Notes: generated by a model not told the origin, from the sequence alone. A DNA stretch of 64,000 nucleotides from Guillardia theta CCMP2712 (GCF_000315625.1 NW_005434558.1:84002-148001), one strand, 5' to 3'; positions 13,482 to 27,585 are shown, numbered from the stretch's first letter. A program made the numbers and translations.

Positions 13482-14836
13482 GTGGAGGAGACGACGTCGA
13501 CAGTTCCCAGGGCTCTTGCCCTGCTCAGCTGGTTGTGGCGCTTCCTCCTGCTCCTGCTGGTCACTAGCGCGTCAGGACAGTTCGAGCCCTCGAGACTTCT
13601 GTTTCTCCGGACTCACACCCCACCTTCCTTTGCTGGGCCCTGGAGGGCAAGGAAGGCTCCGTTCCCTCCTTCAGGCGATCGTCTGCTCCGCAAGAAACTT
13701 TGGACTCGTCCTGCCATGTGGGAGGACGAGGATACGGAGCATGACTTCGAACCCTGCGTTCCAATGCACCTGCGAAGGTGGAAGAGGATGAGCAGGGGCG
13801 GGAAAGAGCCCCGGGGCAGCCAGCAGCAAGGCACGGAGGACGTGAAGGGAGTCGAGACGCTCAAGGTGGTCAGTTACAACGTGCTAGCGGAGTCCCTGGA
13901 GGAAATCACGACTAGCGGCCTTGACTGTCGGATTGCGTGTTGGAAGCACAGGAGTCGTCTTATCAAGGACGAGCTGAAGCGGTGGGTAGCGCGGACGAGC
14001 CCTTGACGATGCAGGATAGCTGACGACCAAGGCAACAGGTGGGATGCAGACATCGTATGCCTGCAAGAAGTAGACCACTTCGACGATTTCTTCATGAAGG
14101 TCTTGGGAAAGTGGTCAGGATCTCGGAGTTTACCGAGAGGCCTTAGTCTTACCCTTGTCTCCAGGGGGTACGAGGGGAGGTTTCTGAAGCGGACGGGGGA
14201 CAAGCGCGATGGGTGTGCGATCTTCTGGAGGTAGACGACGGCAAGGCGCTGATAGTTTCATGACGTCGTTCCTTCAGGCAGAGCAAGTTGCGCCTGAACA
14301 GAGTCCACAACCTACAGTTCAACGTCTCTCCTTACTTTGACAGGCATGCGGAGGCAGTGTGGCGCGGTGTTGTGTGCTCCGACTGAAGTTGGCCCAGGGA
14401 TAACATAGCTATCATCGTCGACCTCTCCATTATCTCGACTTCAGCCAACCTTGTACCTTCCATCCTCCTTCTGAGCTACCCATTGATGTCTCTCCCTCTC
14501 TTCCTCCCTTCAGCTCGTTGCCAACACCCATCTTCTCTTCAATCCTCGTCGCGGAGACATCAAACTGCAGCAGGCAAGATCTGAGCACTTGCCCCCTCCC
14601 TCCCTCCCTCCCTCCCTCCCTCCCTCCCTCCCTCCTCGCTGAACGCGCTTCCAGATTTCGATGATCCTTGACACCCTATGGCATTTGAGCTCGGTGACGA
14701 GGTGGATTTCTTGTCCCGAAGTGTAAAGGGTTCGAATCAGAATGAGGAAAACCAGAAGCAAAAGCCTGTTATCTTCTGTGGCGATTTCAACTCTTCCCCC
14801 TTCAGCCCTCTCTATGACTTCATCGGTGAAAGCCTT

Positions 14837-14870
<34 letters not shown>

Positions 14871-16731
14871 TCCTGCTCCTGCTCCTGCTCTTACATGAGC
14901 CGTGTCGCAGCCACTGGCTCGCTGCTACTCGACAAGAAGCAGTGTCCTACGCTCCTATCTGGGCAGGTCTGCAATCTAGATTCTCACTCCCCCTCCTCCT
15001 CATCTCTCTCATCTCCTCTCTGCTCACTGCTCATGGCAGGTGACATGGGATCACTGGCGGAAGATGAATTGTCTTCCTATCATCCCCTCGGCTCGAAACA
15101 GGAGGTAAAGCTCCCTGGTCCCTCTCGCTCCTCCCTCCTGCTCCTCTTCCCTGTTAGCTTCAACTCGGCTCTCGCCCCATCCCAGTACCTTCACCAAGAA
15201 TCGACTGTGATCTCCGACTGCTAAGTTTTACCAACAGTGGTGGAACTATCAGATCCTCTGACTTCAGTGCAAGGGTAATCCTTCATGTCGACTATTTCCC
15301 CTCAGCCTCGTCCTCCTTTTCTTCCTCCATCCCATCCACCACCACCACTTTCCTCTTCCTCTGCTCAGTCTTTCCTTGCAAGGTTCCATCCAACTCTCTA
15401 GTCTGTCGCTTCTTTGCCGAAGGAAATTGTCGACGGGCCGATTGTCATTTCCTGCACATTCGATCGCCCACCAAGTACATGCCGCAGCCCAGGAGCCGAA
15501 TAACCCACGGTGTTACTCGTTTGTTTGACCCTTTCCTCCTCTTCTCTGCTGCCTCCTCGCCTCTCCTTACCTCCCTATCAGTCTCGGTCTTCTTTTGCGT
15601 GATTTGTCCACTCCATGCTCATCCCCTTCCCTCGTCTCCTTGCTCTTACCCTCTCAGCCTCCTCCTCGTCCTCGTCATCATACTTCTCCTCTTACTTTTG
15701 CTCCCTCTTCTCCTCCTCTTACGCTTGCTCCTGAAGTCTGGCCGGACTGGTGGAGAGAGCTGCAGACATATCTCAACCACTCCCACGTCAAGACAGAGCG
15801 ACTAGACCTTGTTGTCAAGGTTTGCAGGCAGGCGTCAGCGTCAAACTGACCGGCTCGGCAGTCTCCCGACCCTAAGAAACGATTGCTGGAGCAGGAGGGA
15901 CTGCAAGAGAGGAAAGATGAGTGGGCTTTGACGGCGAGGGGTAGGGAGGAGGAGGAGCAGCAACAGGGTCCTCAAGCAAGAGAAGGAGCTGCCAAGGTAG
16001 AGCTGCCAAGGACGAGGATCGGCTGCTGAACGATGTCGCCTCCCAGGTTGTGGGAGACAAGAAGCGCGGGCCTCCACAGAGAGGTAGCGAGGAGGACGCG
16101 GAGTTCCTCCTGAAGCATCCCTTCCAAGTAAGAGGTCACTGCCATGGCAGCTCTTACATGTCATCGTGCCTCAGTTTTCAAGTGCGTACTCCTGCCTCTC
16201 CGAGGGAGCCAGAAACGTAGGTAGTGGCCATTACAAGGCTTCAAACTAAGGTCCCTGACAGAAGGTCCCCTCCGAGCCAGCCTGCACAACCTTCCATGGA
16301 GGGTCCAAGCTCACAGTCGATTACATATGGGTCACTCCAGAGATTGAGGTTTCATCCCCTAGCTGCTCCTCTTGCGCTTCCACATGCTCCCCTCTGCTCC
16401 TCTTGTCTTTGCATCCTCCTGTCTCAGCTACATACACTCTTCTCCTCCTCCTGCCTGCTGCATGCAAATTTCTTTGACTTGAAATGAAGGTTCTTGGCGT
16501 ATGGGAGATGCTTCCGGTGAGAGATGTCTATTTCTTCCTCCCCCTCCTCCTCCTCCTCACTTCCACCTAGCTGTCCATCCTAGATGCTCCGCATTCTATC
16601 CTAGACGAGAAGAGGTTCTACGGTGAGCAGACTCCCATGCACGCTATGAGCTGAGAGCTTGTCCAGGGCTGCCAAGTCATCACTGGGGCTCAGACCATAT
16701 GGCTCTAGCGTGTGTTGTGCGGTTAGGTTGA
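13482..16731 (+). CDS. Angel/CCR4-family exonuclease-endonuclease-phosphatase (EEP) protein with internal CCCH zinc finger (many introns; start uncertain)
   Basis: Exons VVSYNVLA, WKHRSRLI, ADIVCLQEVDHF, KRTGDKRDGCAIFW, VANTHLLFNPRRGDIKLQQ (Angel-typical), IFCGDFNSSP.SPLY, GLPSHHWGSDHMAL. Confidence 0.88.
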
Positions 16732-16829
16732 GGAGGAGGAGCAACGGGAGGAGGCGGCAGGGTGAGCGCATGCATTCTTGTCATTCTTTGAAGGGGATAG
16801 GCAGCTCGTAGGGGCTGATCTTGGGCTTG

Positions 16830-18875
16830 AACCGAGCCTTGGTCATAGCAGAAGCTCGCATGTCCGCCTGTGGCCCCGTCAGCTGCCGCCCAGCAACTTT
16901 CTCACCTACTCACCTCCTCGTAGAAGTACTGGATCCACTCTCTGACGTTCTTGGGGTTCATGACGAGGTTCTTGGACGGAGTGATGGTCGTCGCCCCAGA
17001 CCTCAGCGAGAGGTTCGCGATGTTGCCGATGCTGGCGTCAAAGTCAGCACGAGAGCCCGAAGCATGTCTGGCACTTCTCACGTCTTGGACGACATAGGCG
17101 TCGCACCCTCGCTGGTGTCGAGAGAGCTTTGAGGCCTCACCGAGCCTTCCGTCTTGCTCTTCTTGTTGCCCTCCGCCCTTCCAATGCCCAGAGCAGATTT
17201 TGATCGCTATCAAGGACGTCAGATGACAACTTGTACGCTACAAAAACCAAACATGAAGAGGAAATACCAGGGTTTCTTTGTGTTTGATCTTCGGGAGGAT
17301 TGGTTGGGATCTTTCAATCTTTAGCTGCGATTTTGAGAAAGAGAGAGTTGACGAAGACTGTATCATCCTCGAGAGACTTCCAAATCTGATCCGACTTTTG
17401 CTTGCTGTCATGCTCTCTGTTGGCCCCACAACTAGCTTGCTCATTTCCAAGCACATGTTGTCGTCTGCACTGGCGTTGAACTTCATGCAACATGCGTCGC
17501 ACACTTTCATCTTTCTTTCGAGGAACTCCGGATCCTTCACGACAACATTATGAAAGAATCTTCGAAAGTCTGCCAAATCCTGTTTGGAATAATCATTCAA
17601 ATGGTGTGCTTGTATAACTTTGCCGTCAACAATTGCTAGCTTTGAGAGGAACTTAAATACAAGGGAGTCAGCGTTAGAAACCGGCAGAGGAGGGATCTGT
17701 TTCCATCCTGAGAGCTCTGTGACAAACTCCTTGTTTCTTGGCATTTGATAGACCAGCGATCCATTCTTTAGCTCATACGCCTTCACGTCTGAGTTCTCTT
17801 TGAACTTTATCATTTCATCCTCCTCAATCCATTTTTGTCTGTACGGGCTCAGCTTGCTATATTCATCATCTTCTGGTATCTTGACATCTTTGTCGATCGG
17901 ATGTTGGTTCTGATGGTACAGGATCATGTACCGATAGGAAGTTATTTTCATCTGCGAGATATCATGTAGTCCATTGACTTGATCGCAGTGGTGATCTATG
18001 TTGTAACCAGCACACGGGCATTTGAAGTACTCCTTCTTCAAGTTGCTCTTCTCATACTTGTGCTTGGACGCGACATGAGCAGCAATTGGGGGCGTGAGGA
18101 AGGCCTCGAGCTTGGGGGGCTCGTTGGTGTTGAAAACTTTCAGGTCGTTACACCATAAGAAGAGTAGCTTGTTCTTTCCTGTCAACTTGAAGAAGCATTC
18201 CATCGTCCATAGGGTGTAAGAGGATGGCAGCAGCTTCTTTACATGCTCGACGATGCTCTTAACATATTCTTCCAACCTTGCCTTGAGCTTGTATGACTTG
18301 ATATCAAACTCTGTTGACAAGTGCTCTTGCCCGTCAAATGTTGAGAGTCGATCATTCATAACTACACGAAGGTCTGATATCTCAGCCTTGTTTACTCTCT
18401 GTTGCATTTGTAGCTTGTGCGGAGTCCAATATGCACGTATCATGCTGTTATATGGACTGTTGGGTTTCTCAAACTTCTGTACAATGCCATTGTTCTCTTT
18501 CGGACGATTCAACAGAAAGTTCTCAAGTCCAGTATCATCGAAATATTCCACCTTGGCTACCTTGGCCCCTCTCGCTGTCTTTGTGTATGATACATAGTAA
18601 GCAACACAGTCGTGCTTGCGAGTTCCTTCACAGAACTGCCTTCGGATGACATGCGGGTCCAACTCCTTGGTGTCAGACCGCTTGATGAGCTCCCCGTCTG
18701 GATTGCTAGTGAACCACGCGCATGGCCGCTGGTACTTAAGCATGACAGTGCTGCATGACGAGTCAAGAGAGTTTGTGTCATCGCAGAATTACCTTGGGAT
18801 AAAGACCGGCGGGGGAGGATCGTTTCCTTTCTGCGTATAGAGATAGTTGTAGATGTCCTCCAGCCATATCACCTG
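16830..18875 (-). CDS. uncharacterised protein (large 501-aa exon 17238-18743 plus small flanking exons)
   Basis: Long complex ORF (VEYFD...L.NFL......NGI.QKF...) with GT-AG introns on both sides. No domain recognised. Confidence 0.65.
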
Positions 18876-19686
18876 AACCAGAGCAAGTCATGGTGATGTC
18901 TCTTCTGCTCCTTCATTCCTCGTGTCCTCCTCCTCCTCCTCCTCCTCTGATGTCAGTTGCACGGGCTGGTCCGACTGCTCCAGCCATCTCTCACCTTCTC
19001 CACGCTCTTGTCCTTGGGAACCGCTCCGCTCGCCATAACGGCGGGGGGACTTTGTTGGAGGGGTGGGGGTAGAGTCAGGTGGGGTGGCTTACGAACAAAA
19101 GGGGGGGTGTGTAAAGCCGGGCGCTCCAAAGCAGGGGTACATTTCCTTGTTACTACCAGTAAAATGAGGGGTAATCCGTGGTGAGGGACATGTCGGTTGG
19201 AATCTACTAGCTGGCGGGGTGATCAGCCCTAAGAAACCGGGGGCACTAGGGTAGGCCTGCACTGGTGATCGCGAGGGTGGGGTAGTTTTAGGTCCGTTGG
19301 AGTGCGACAAGCTGCGCTGAGGGAGGGAGCAGGCAAGGGAGGGGAGGAAGGAGAGGGAGGGGGAGGGAGAGGATGAAGAAGATGTTAGAGAACGAGATGG
19401 CTGTGCTTCAATTTCAGCACATGAGAAGCTGAGTAAGATATTCAAAAGAGATTGCATGTGAGAGGCAGGGAACCGTAGAGATCGACGTGAATGGTTACCA
19501 AGGATCGAGAGTTGGGAGTTTCGCCGAGCAGACTCTTTTTCATCCTTAACATGAGATTTTCTTGTTGTGTGGTAGTGAAGAAGATGAGAATGACGACTCT
19601 TAGCTTAGAATGAGTGAATGCGTCACGAGTCTTGCAAATTTGGACATCTAGGGATCGCTTAGTCAATATGACGATCTAAGGATCCT

Positions 19687-21407
19687 TCAGCATATTTGGA
19701 TCAGTACATCTCTCCGAGGCTGTTCCTGTCTTTTGATGTTTCTTTCTCCTCGCTTGAGTTTGCTTCCTCCTCTTCTCAACGAGCTTGCCTGCGACAAGTT
19801 ACCGCGGCTCTCCCTGGACAGCCCTCCCTGACCTGGTCCATCCCAAAGTCTCTGGGGGCAGGCGTGGAGCATCGAGTCGAGCAGGAAGTTCATGACAACG
19901 ATGCAGTGGCTCGCAAGAAGCATCGAACTCCCGAGAGCGACTTTGTGATATCTACCTCGTACCTTGCTCGCCATCTCCTGTATCAACGAGGAGTCCTCGT
20001 TCTCAAGGCCCTTGTCATCCCCGAGGAAGACGAGAAACTCCTTGCGGCTGCTGGTCGTGTCTCCCTCCCCGTCCCCTCCCGACCATTCCTTTCTCAGCCT
20101 TTGCAGGAATGAATCGACCGGCTCTCCATCTGGGTGTAGTTCGACCATGATAGCCGACCCGTCTTGCATATCGTTCCCCTCCTCCTGTCCAACTTTCTCT
20201 CAGACTCTGTTTGGTGGACATGATTCAACATCAATCACCTCTGATTTCATCTTGTAGCTCAGAGCATCGTAGACTGCGTTGGCTAAGTTTCGATCAGAGG
20301 GTGACAGCATGATAAGAATGTGAGGACCCAAATCAGACCGGCGACATTCAATCCCTCGACTGTTCTGCGCTTCCTTTGCGGCAAGTTGCCTTTCTTTTTG
20401 TTTCGAGATCTTCCCGACGTCAACAGAAGCCCAGGAAATAACTTGCGAGTACCTTCATGGTGGGATCATTCACATTCTCATAGGGCTCGTCGCGCGACAG
20501 GAGAAACTTGTCGATGCATTGCTTCAGTCGCAGCGAACAATGATTCTCGTCCGGCTGTCAGAGTGCAATCAGTTTTTTCTTTTGCCTGACAAGAAGACGC
20601 TGTATCGTCTCCATTACCATCAGGTTTCTGACGAGCCCTCCACTTATCCTCACCGTGAGAGGTTCTTCACCAGCACCCACACCTCCGAAGCAGAGACTGA
20701 TCTCAGTGTTGTGCCTCAGACTTTGGGAGCGGAAAAGCGAGCCTTGACGTTGATCAGTGCAAGAGAGCCGTTGAGCTCTTCACCTCCCACCTGTGATGCA
20801 CCTGCAGCCGACGTCCACTCTCCCCTCTCTGAGATTCGAGAGGTCGAACTTAGGACTAGCTCGCTTCAATGGCACGAAGTATCGCCGGATGAAGCATGGG
20901 CAGGGCCGGGGATTCGCATCTACCTAACGGGAAAGGAATAGGACAGTGTAATGAGCTATTCAGACTCATGCAAAATGAAACAAACACACCGCTTCCTCAC
21001 AAAATATGAACGTGGAAGCCGGATCGTTGCTGTATCCCATGGCACAAGTCTGTCAACATAACACGATCAGCGTCGGAGGGCCCTGCCCTTCCTGAGAGGA
21101 AGCGAATTGTACGGTGGGAACCTTCGCTATATGTCCTGTCTTCCCACAGTAATGGCATCTTGTCTTGAGACAATCTCTACGTGCGAAAGGCGTCATTATC
21201 CATTCATGGGACCTTGTGAACATACCTTGCTAGGTGACCAACCTGCCCGCAAGTGTAGCAAGGAACATCTTTCTTCTTCTTGCTCGAGGTCTGACTCGAG
21301 CTTCCCTCCAAACCTTCATCCCTCCGATGACCTTCCTCCTCGCTTCTCTCCTCCTGCTTCCTGGCTCCTTCCCCTTCCTCAGGCGGCCCCATCATCAGCT
21401 CCATCAT
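19687..21407 (-). CDS. TrmY-like (tRNA m1Psi54-type) SPOUT methyltransferase with two N-terminal CCHC zinc knuckles (spliced)
   Basis: Exons CYTCGQVGHLAR|DCLKTRCHYCGKTGHIAK|TC..., IRRYFVPLKRASPKFDLSNLREGRVDVGCRCIT|GSLFRSQSLRHN, PSDRNLA, VFLGDDKGL, VALGSSMLLASHCIVVMNFLLD. These match TrmY motifs GRxDxxCRC, LGDHxG and SLG..LHASHCI. Confidence 0.75.
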
Positions 21408-22055
21408 CTCATCTCTTGCACAAATGCAAAATTACAGCCGGCCACCCAGCTAGCTTGCGCAATGGACGCAACGATGGGTAGCACGATGGCACCCACGATG
21501 GCTCGAGGAGATTGAAGATGATGAGGGAGGGAGGCAGTGGGAAGATGGTATCTCGAGACGGGGGAGGGGAACACGAGATGGTTGTTGTAGCGAGAAGGTA
21601 ACGTAGTGAGAGGATAGTATGGGGTTTAGATCGAGAAAGGGATTGGAAGAGTGAGCAGAAAGAGTTTATGCGACATGTAAGGTGTAGGATGCGAGTTTTG
21701 CATGAGCCAATTGTAGAGATAGTTTAGGATTCCATACCATTGAGGCGAAAGAATCTTGACAGAGATGAAGGGGGTCACTAGTCTCACTGCAAGGAGGATC
21801 GAGGCACAGGGCAAGGAAACCAAGGGTGATGATAAGCAGGGAGGCGGGAAGGATGGGAAGGAGGAGAAGGAGGAGAAGCAGGAGAAGCAGGAGAAGCAGG
21901 AGAAGGAGAGAAAGGGATGGTAAATTTCATTACTTCATCATGCTTTGACTGTGAATTCATGTACAGCAATATGTCATAGAGAAGTCAAAATGATCTTGGA
22001 GTCACAACATTCTGCAAGACAAAGTCGGGAGGTCGGGGTTTATTGATGGGACCCC

Positions 22056-23954
22056 ATGAGGAACACAGGACGACTTGTAGAGGTGCTGCTGCTCCTGTGC
22101 TCAGCAGACCTGCTTCTCAGCGGGCAGCAGCCTGTCAGCGTGAGGAGATGCTGCCTGCAGCTACGGGGAGGGTTCAAGCGAGGTTGGAAGGGGCGTGACC
22201 CAGTGCTGAAGAAAGATTACAGGCCCGAAGTCTCACTCACCAAGAGGATACAGAAGGAGCAAGATGAAATCGAGTACTATCACGAGTACGTCCACAAGTC
22301 CAAGCAGGCTGACCGTCTGAGAGAGCAGATGATGTCTCTCGGTAGTGATCTCCTCAAATTTCCCAGTCACAACGCAAGCTCAGCAGACAGCCAGACCGCT
22401 GAAGCTCGAGCGCTGTACCTGAGCACCCTCCAGAGCCTTGTTGGGCATCAGTTTGGGAACAACCAGCATGGGGCTGAGGCAAAGAGCGCACTGAGCAAGA
22501 GGCAAGAGGAGCTGATGCAGGAGCCGACGATACAGCGCAAGAGGCACTACAAGGAGGAGGAAGCGAGCTCTCACAAGAGAAAGAGGTTGCAGTATCGGGT
22601 CGAGAATTCAAGTCGTACAAGGGAGGTCGAAGGTTGCCTTGCTACGATCATCCCCTGCTCTGACTGACGATTGTCATGCAAGGCCCGGAGACGAGGTTGT
22701 TGGACTTTGTGGAGCCTGCGAAGCAGCCTACGGTGGTAATGACCTGATGTGATGGATATGTTCTCCTCCTCCTCCTCTTCTACCTTCTTAGTCTCTTTGT
22801 CCCTGTTCCCCCCCCCCCCTGTTACCTCTCCTCCTCCTCCTCCTCCTCCTCCTCGTCGTTGTTATTCTCCTTCTTTGCTGTGATTGAGAATGATCTTCTT
22901 TTCCTCTGTATCTAACTTTAAGATTGGAAGACAGCTGTGGTTCGCGTTAGCGAGGAGACGCTCAAAGAAATCACATCCCAAGCTGCCGCTGGATCCCTCA
23001 GTGCTCAGGTTTTCGACTAGATGTCAGATTCCTTGCTCGAAATTACTTTGCCCCCTTGTTCTTCTCCTCTTCCTCTCTCCTTCTTGTCCTCCTTTCCACG
23101 TACACGCCTGACTGCTCTTGCTGCTCCTGCTCTCCTCCTCGTCCTCCTCTCTCCTCTTGCCTTAACTCTGTTTGCATCATCAGGTAGAGCTGGGGGAGAT
23201 GTACGTGAATGGATCCCTTCCCAGCGACCCGATGAAGGCGGTGGCATGTTTTATGACGGTAACGGAAGCTACAAGGGTGGCGCGAGGAGACGCGGGAGAA
23301 GGAAGGGAGAAGGGGAGAGGAGGAGAGGGGAGGGGAGGGGAGGGGAGAAGAGGCCAGGTGGGGAGAGGAGACGGGGGGAGAGAGGAGAGGAGGAGAGAGG
23401 AGAGGAGAGGAGAGGAGAGGAGATGACTTCTTTTGCCTTCAGGGTGTGGATGAGCGTCATCCTCCTGCTCTGCACAACATGGCAAAGGTAAGTCACAAGT
23501 GGAGAGATTGACTTTCATGTTCATCAGAACATTCAAATATTGACATCCATCCTGTCAAACTCGATCTTCATTCTCATCTCTCACTTTGTTATCGATACCG
23601 ACACCATTCTATACTTCTTCTACCTTCCTCAGCTGCTGCTACTGTTGCTGCTCTCCTCCTCTCCTTCCTTCCCCCTCCTTATGGCAGCATCGGCCCCACA
23701 CACTTTCATGTTTTGCACGTGTTGGTTCTTCATTCACGAACTTCTCTAGTGTCTGGCTCGAGGCATTGGAGTCGATGTCGATGAGAAGAAAGCCTTTCAG
23801 TTGTGGTATGAAGCTTGCGACCTTGGGTAAGAGGAGGAAGAGGACAAAGAAAAAGATGGACAGAGCGATGACGGAGGATGTGGATGATGATGATGGTGAT
23901 GATGGTGACGTAGAAGGAGGAGGAGGAGGAGGAGGAGGAGGAGGAGAAGAACAA

Positions 23955-24050
<96 letters not shown>

Positions 24051-24229
24051 AAGGAAGAGGCGATGGTGATGGTCGTGTTGGGTTGAAAGGGGGAGTGATG
24101 CACGATGAGCCTCGAGGACGGTTCATTGTCACTTGAGCTTGTTGACGATGATGCAAGGTATTCAGTTTCCTATTATGAACTTGGATATTGTTATCTTCGG
24201 TGAGTTCATACCCTCATCCTCTTCCTGCG

Positions 24230-24328
<99 letters not shown>

Positions 24329-25288
24329 CTGACCGTCTTTTACTTGGTCTTGACGGTGTTCTGCAGAGGTATCGGCGTTCCCAAGGATGAGGAGCTTGCG
24401 TTAGATTCTTTCAAGAAGTAAGCTCTTGATCTCCTTCTGCATTTGTCTCAAGTCCTCCCTCGCTTTCTTGCTTCTAACCATTCCCTTCCCCTGCCATCTC
24501 GCGCCGTCGCTATCGTTTACCCCGACCTCTGCTACTCTCTCCTCCTCCTGCTCCTCCTGACCCTTCTTCTCTTCGTATACCTTCCTCTTCTTCTCCATTA
24601 TCTCCTCCTCTGGGGCTACTGTTGCTTCTCCTGCTCCTCCTCCTGCTCCTCCTCCTGACCCTCTGACTTTGCGCTAGGGGAGGAGACCTGGGAGATCCTC
24701 GCTGTGTGTATAACGCGGGTGTGATGATCTTCATGGGGTGGGGCCATGGGACGTCAGACCACAAAGAATCTCTCCGATGGCTCAAGAGAGCTGCAAGGTC
24801 AACTTCCTCTTCCTCTTCCTCTTCCTCTTCTGCTGCTGCTGCCCCCTCTTCCATTGCCCCCCCTCCCCTCCCCTCTCCTCTCCTTGACCTATCGAACTTG
24901 TCTCTTTCATTACCGAGAGCATGTATCCACTGCTCTTCCCTTGCCTTTCCTTGACCTCGTCTTCCCTTTACTCGCTCCATTATCGCTCTGCTTCTCTCAC
25001 TCTCCACTTCCTTCGCTCCCGTCTCTTACCGCTGTCTCGCCTTCATCTCATCTCATCTGTAGCTTCGGCCTTCCTCATGCGCAGTTCCTGTACGCCATGT
25101 TGGGGATGAAGTCAGGGGAACGTTCCCTTAGAAATCCGATGTTCCCTTCCTCGGAAGTCCAAGACAACATGGACAACTCGACAAGCGACTTGTTTCTCGA
25201 TTTATCTGGGTCCATCAAACTCTTGCGGAGAGCAGCCCTGCAGGTCTTCCTTGCTCCTACTGCTCCTGCTCGTGCTCCTTCTTCCTCC

Positions 25289-25329
<41 letters not shown>

Positions 25330-25646
25330 CTCCTGCGTCTGCGCCTGCTCCTGCGCCTGCTCCTGCTCCTGCTCCTGCTCCTTTCTCTCCCTCTCCTCAC
25401 GTCCCGCCCCGTCGTCCTTCCTCTGCTCCCTCGTCCTCACTCTCCTCATGCTCGCCTGCCTTCATGGCGCTTGCTTGATCGCCTTGTGTGCAGGGACACC
25501 TCGAGGCCATGAACCACCTCGCGCTCGCGTACGCGCAAGGCACTCCTCCACCCAAGAAGCCTCTGAGAGCGATGAGATGGTGGAAGAAGGCAGCAAGAAT
25601 GGGGAGCACAACGGTGAAGCTCCTTATCGTCCTGTCCCTGGGGTTG

Positions 25647-25698
<52 letters not shown>

Positions 25699-26898
25699 CT
25701 CGTCCCTCTCCTCTTCCTCTTCCTCCTCCCTGAGCGGCTTCTGGGCAGGCCATGTGCAACCTTGTCAAAGGACACTTTGAGAATCACTTTGGGGAGAGTT
25801 CGAGCATCGGCACGGGGGTGAAGTTGTGCAAGAAGGCAGCAAAGCTCAAGAACCCGAGCGCGATCTTCATGTTGTCAGGGCTCTATCGGACAGGTGCGAG
25901 ACGAGGAGGAGGACAGAAAGTCGGGGAGGAGTTGACTTGCCGTGCAGGTGTCAAGGGATACATCAAGAAGGACGAGCAAGTTTCTGTGCGACTGCTCAAG
26001 AGATCTGCAAGGTGAGCCGATCGAGTCGTTCGGTCTCAGTGACTTTCAGCATACAGTCTTGGACACTCGATGTCTCTGTATGCGCTCGGAAAGGCATGTT
26101 GCAAGGTGAGCTGGTAGAGGTTCAAGCTCGATCAAAACGTCTGAATCTCAAGCGTGATAGGGAGCTGGAACAGAGATTGATTACAAGAGAGGATTCAGGT
26201 GGAATCGTTGGGAATGATGGAAACGTTGATGCTGCTGCTGCTGCTGCTGCTGCTGCTGATGGTTGTGAGATTGTTGATATGATTGCGATGATTATTATGG
26301 TAATGGTTGCCTGTTGTTTGTGATTGTAGGCATCGATTTTGTGATATTGTCTATCAGTGAAATTGTTCTGTTTACAGGAGTTATATGAAAGCGGCAAGAG
26401 AAGGTTTCATACCGGCAATGTTCCAGGTAGAGAGAAATGAAGAAGCACGAAAGGAGAGAAGGGGAGAGGAAGGAAGAAAAGGAGGGGAGAAGGACGTTAT
26501 CGGTTGTTGGCTGTAGATTGAATCTTGTTGCTTCAACTCCTCTCAGGTATCCAAGTGTTATTCCATTGGCATGGGAGTAGAGCTCAATGACATCGACAGC
26601 GACAAATGGTTTGATGAGACATCCCTCTCTTACCCTCAACAGTTTCCAACAGGTTGCAGCGAGCTCTGTTTCATTCGCAGAAAAGCTCCAAGCTCGAGAA
26701 CAGGGTTTGCCTCATTGCTGACCTGTGCATCTCTGTGATTGTTTTCTTTCCTTGAAAACCTTCTCTCTGTCCGGCCCGACAGAATCCTCTTTGTCATTGG
26801 CGCATCAAGGAAGACACTGAGCGATATCAAGCTGCTGTCGATTATGAGCTAAAAGTCGAGGCCTCGAGCTCTGACGAGATTGGTTCCCTTCCTTCTTG

Positions 26899-26930
<32 letters not shown>

Positions 26931-27305
26931 CTGCCCCCACCCTTCTCTCCGTCCCTCTGTCCTCCCCTCCCCTCCCTCCCTTCCTTCTCTCTCTGTCTCT
27001 CGTTCCTCTCCCTTCTACTCGTTTCCTCGCCCCCCCCNNNNNNNNNNNNNNNNNNNNNNNNNNNNNNNNNNNNNNNNNNNNNNNNNNNNNNNNNNNNNNN
27101 NNNNNNNNNNNNNNNNNNNNNNNNNNNNNNNNNNNNNCCCCCCCCCCATCCCCCCCCTCCTCATTCCTTGAGACTTTTCTGACGATTCATCAGAGTACGA
27201 TGACCCTAAGGCTCAAGCAGAAAAGCTGGAAGAGTGGAAGAAAGTGGTAAGACAACGATAATGAAAGGATTGCCGATAATGCTGCTGCTGCTGCTGCTGC
27301 TGATT

Positions 27306-27357
<52 letters not shown>

Positions 27358-27585
27358 CGCTGCTGCTGCTGCTGCTGCTGATTAGGATGATGATGATGAT
27401 GATGATGATGGAGAGAATGAAGTATTGATGATGGAGCAAGGGATCAGTGTCTTTTAGCCATACCGTGTGCTTTTGGAAGGCAGAAGGTGATAATGACGAT
27501 TGAATCTTCTCAGGCTACACCGGACCAAGTGAAAATGTTCTACGAGATTGAGTCCAATCTCCAAGAATTCTCTCAACGACTGTAG
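22056..27585 (+). CDS. Sel1-like repeat protein with N-terminal signal-like sequence (spliced, spans a 100-N gap)
   Basis: Repeats: LGEMYVNG...DPMKA; GIGVDVDEKKAFQLW; GIGVPKDEELA; YNAGVMIFMGWG...KESLRWLKRAA; GHLEAMNHLALAYAQG...AMRWWKKAARMG; AIFMLSGLYRTG. Confidence 0.8.
23880..24050. repeat. intronic (GAT)n and (GGA)n microsatellites
   Basis: Direct inspection. Confidence 0.9.
27038..27137. other. assembly gap (N run)
   Basis: 100 Ns flanked by poly-C. Confidence 0.99.
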
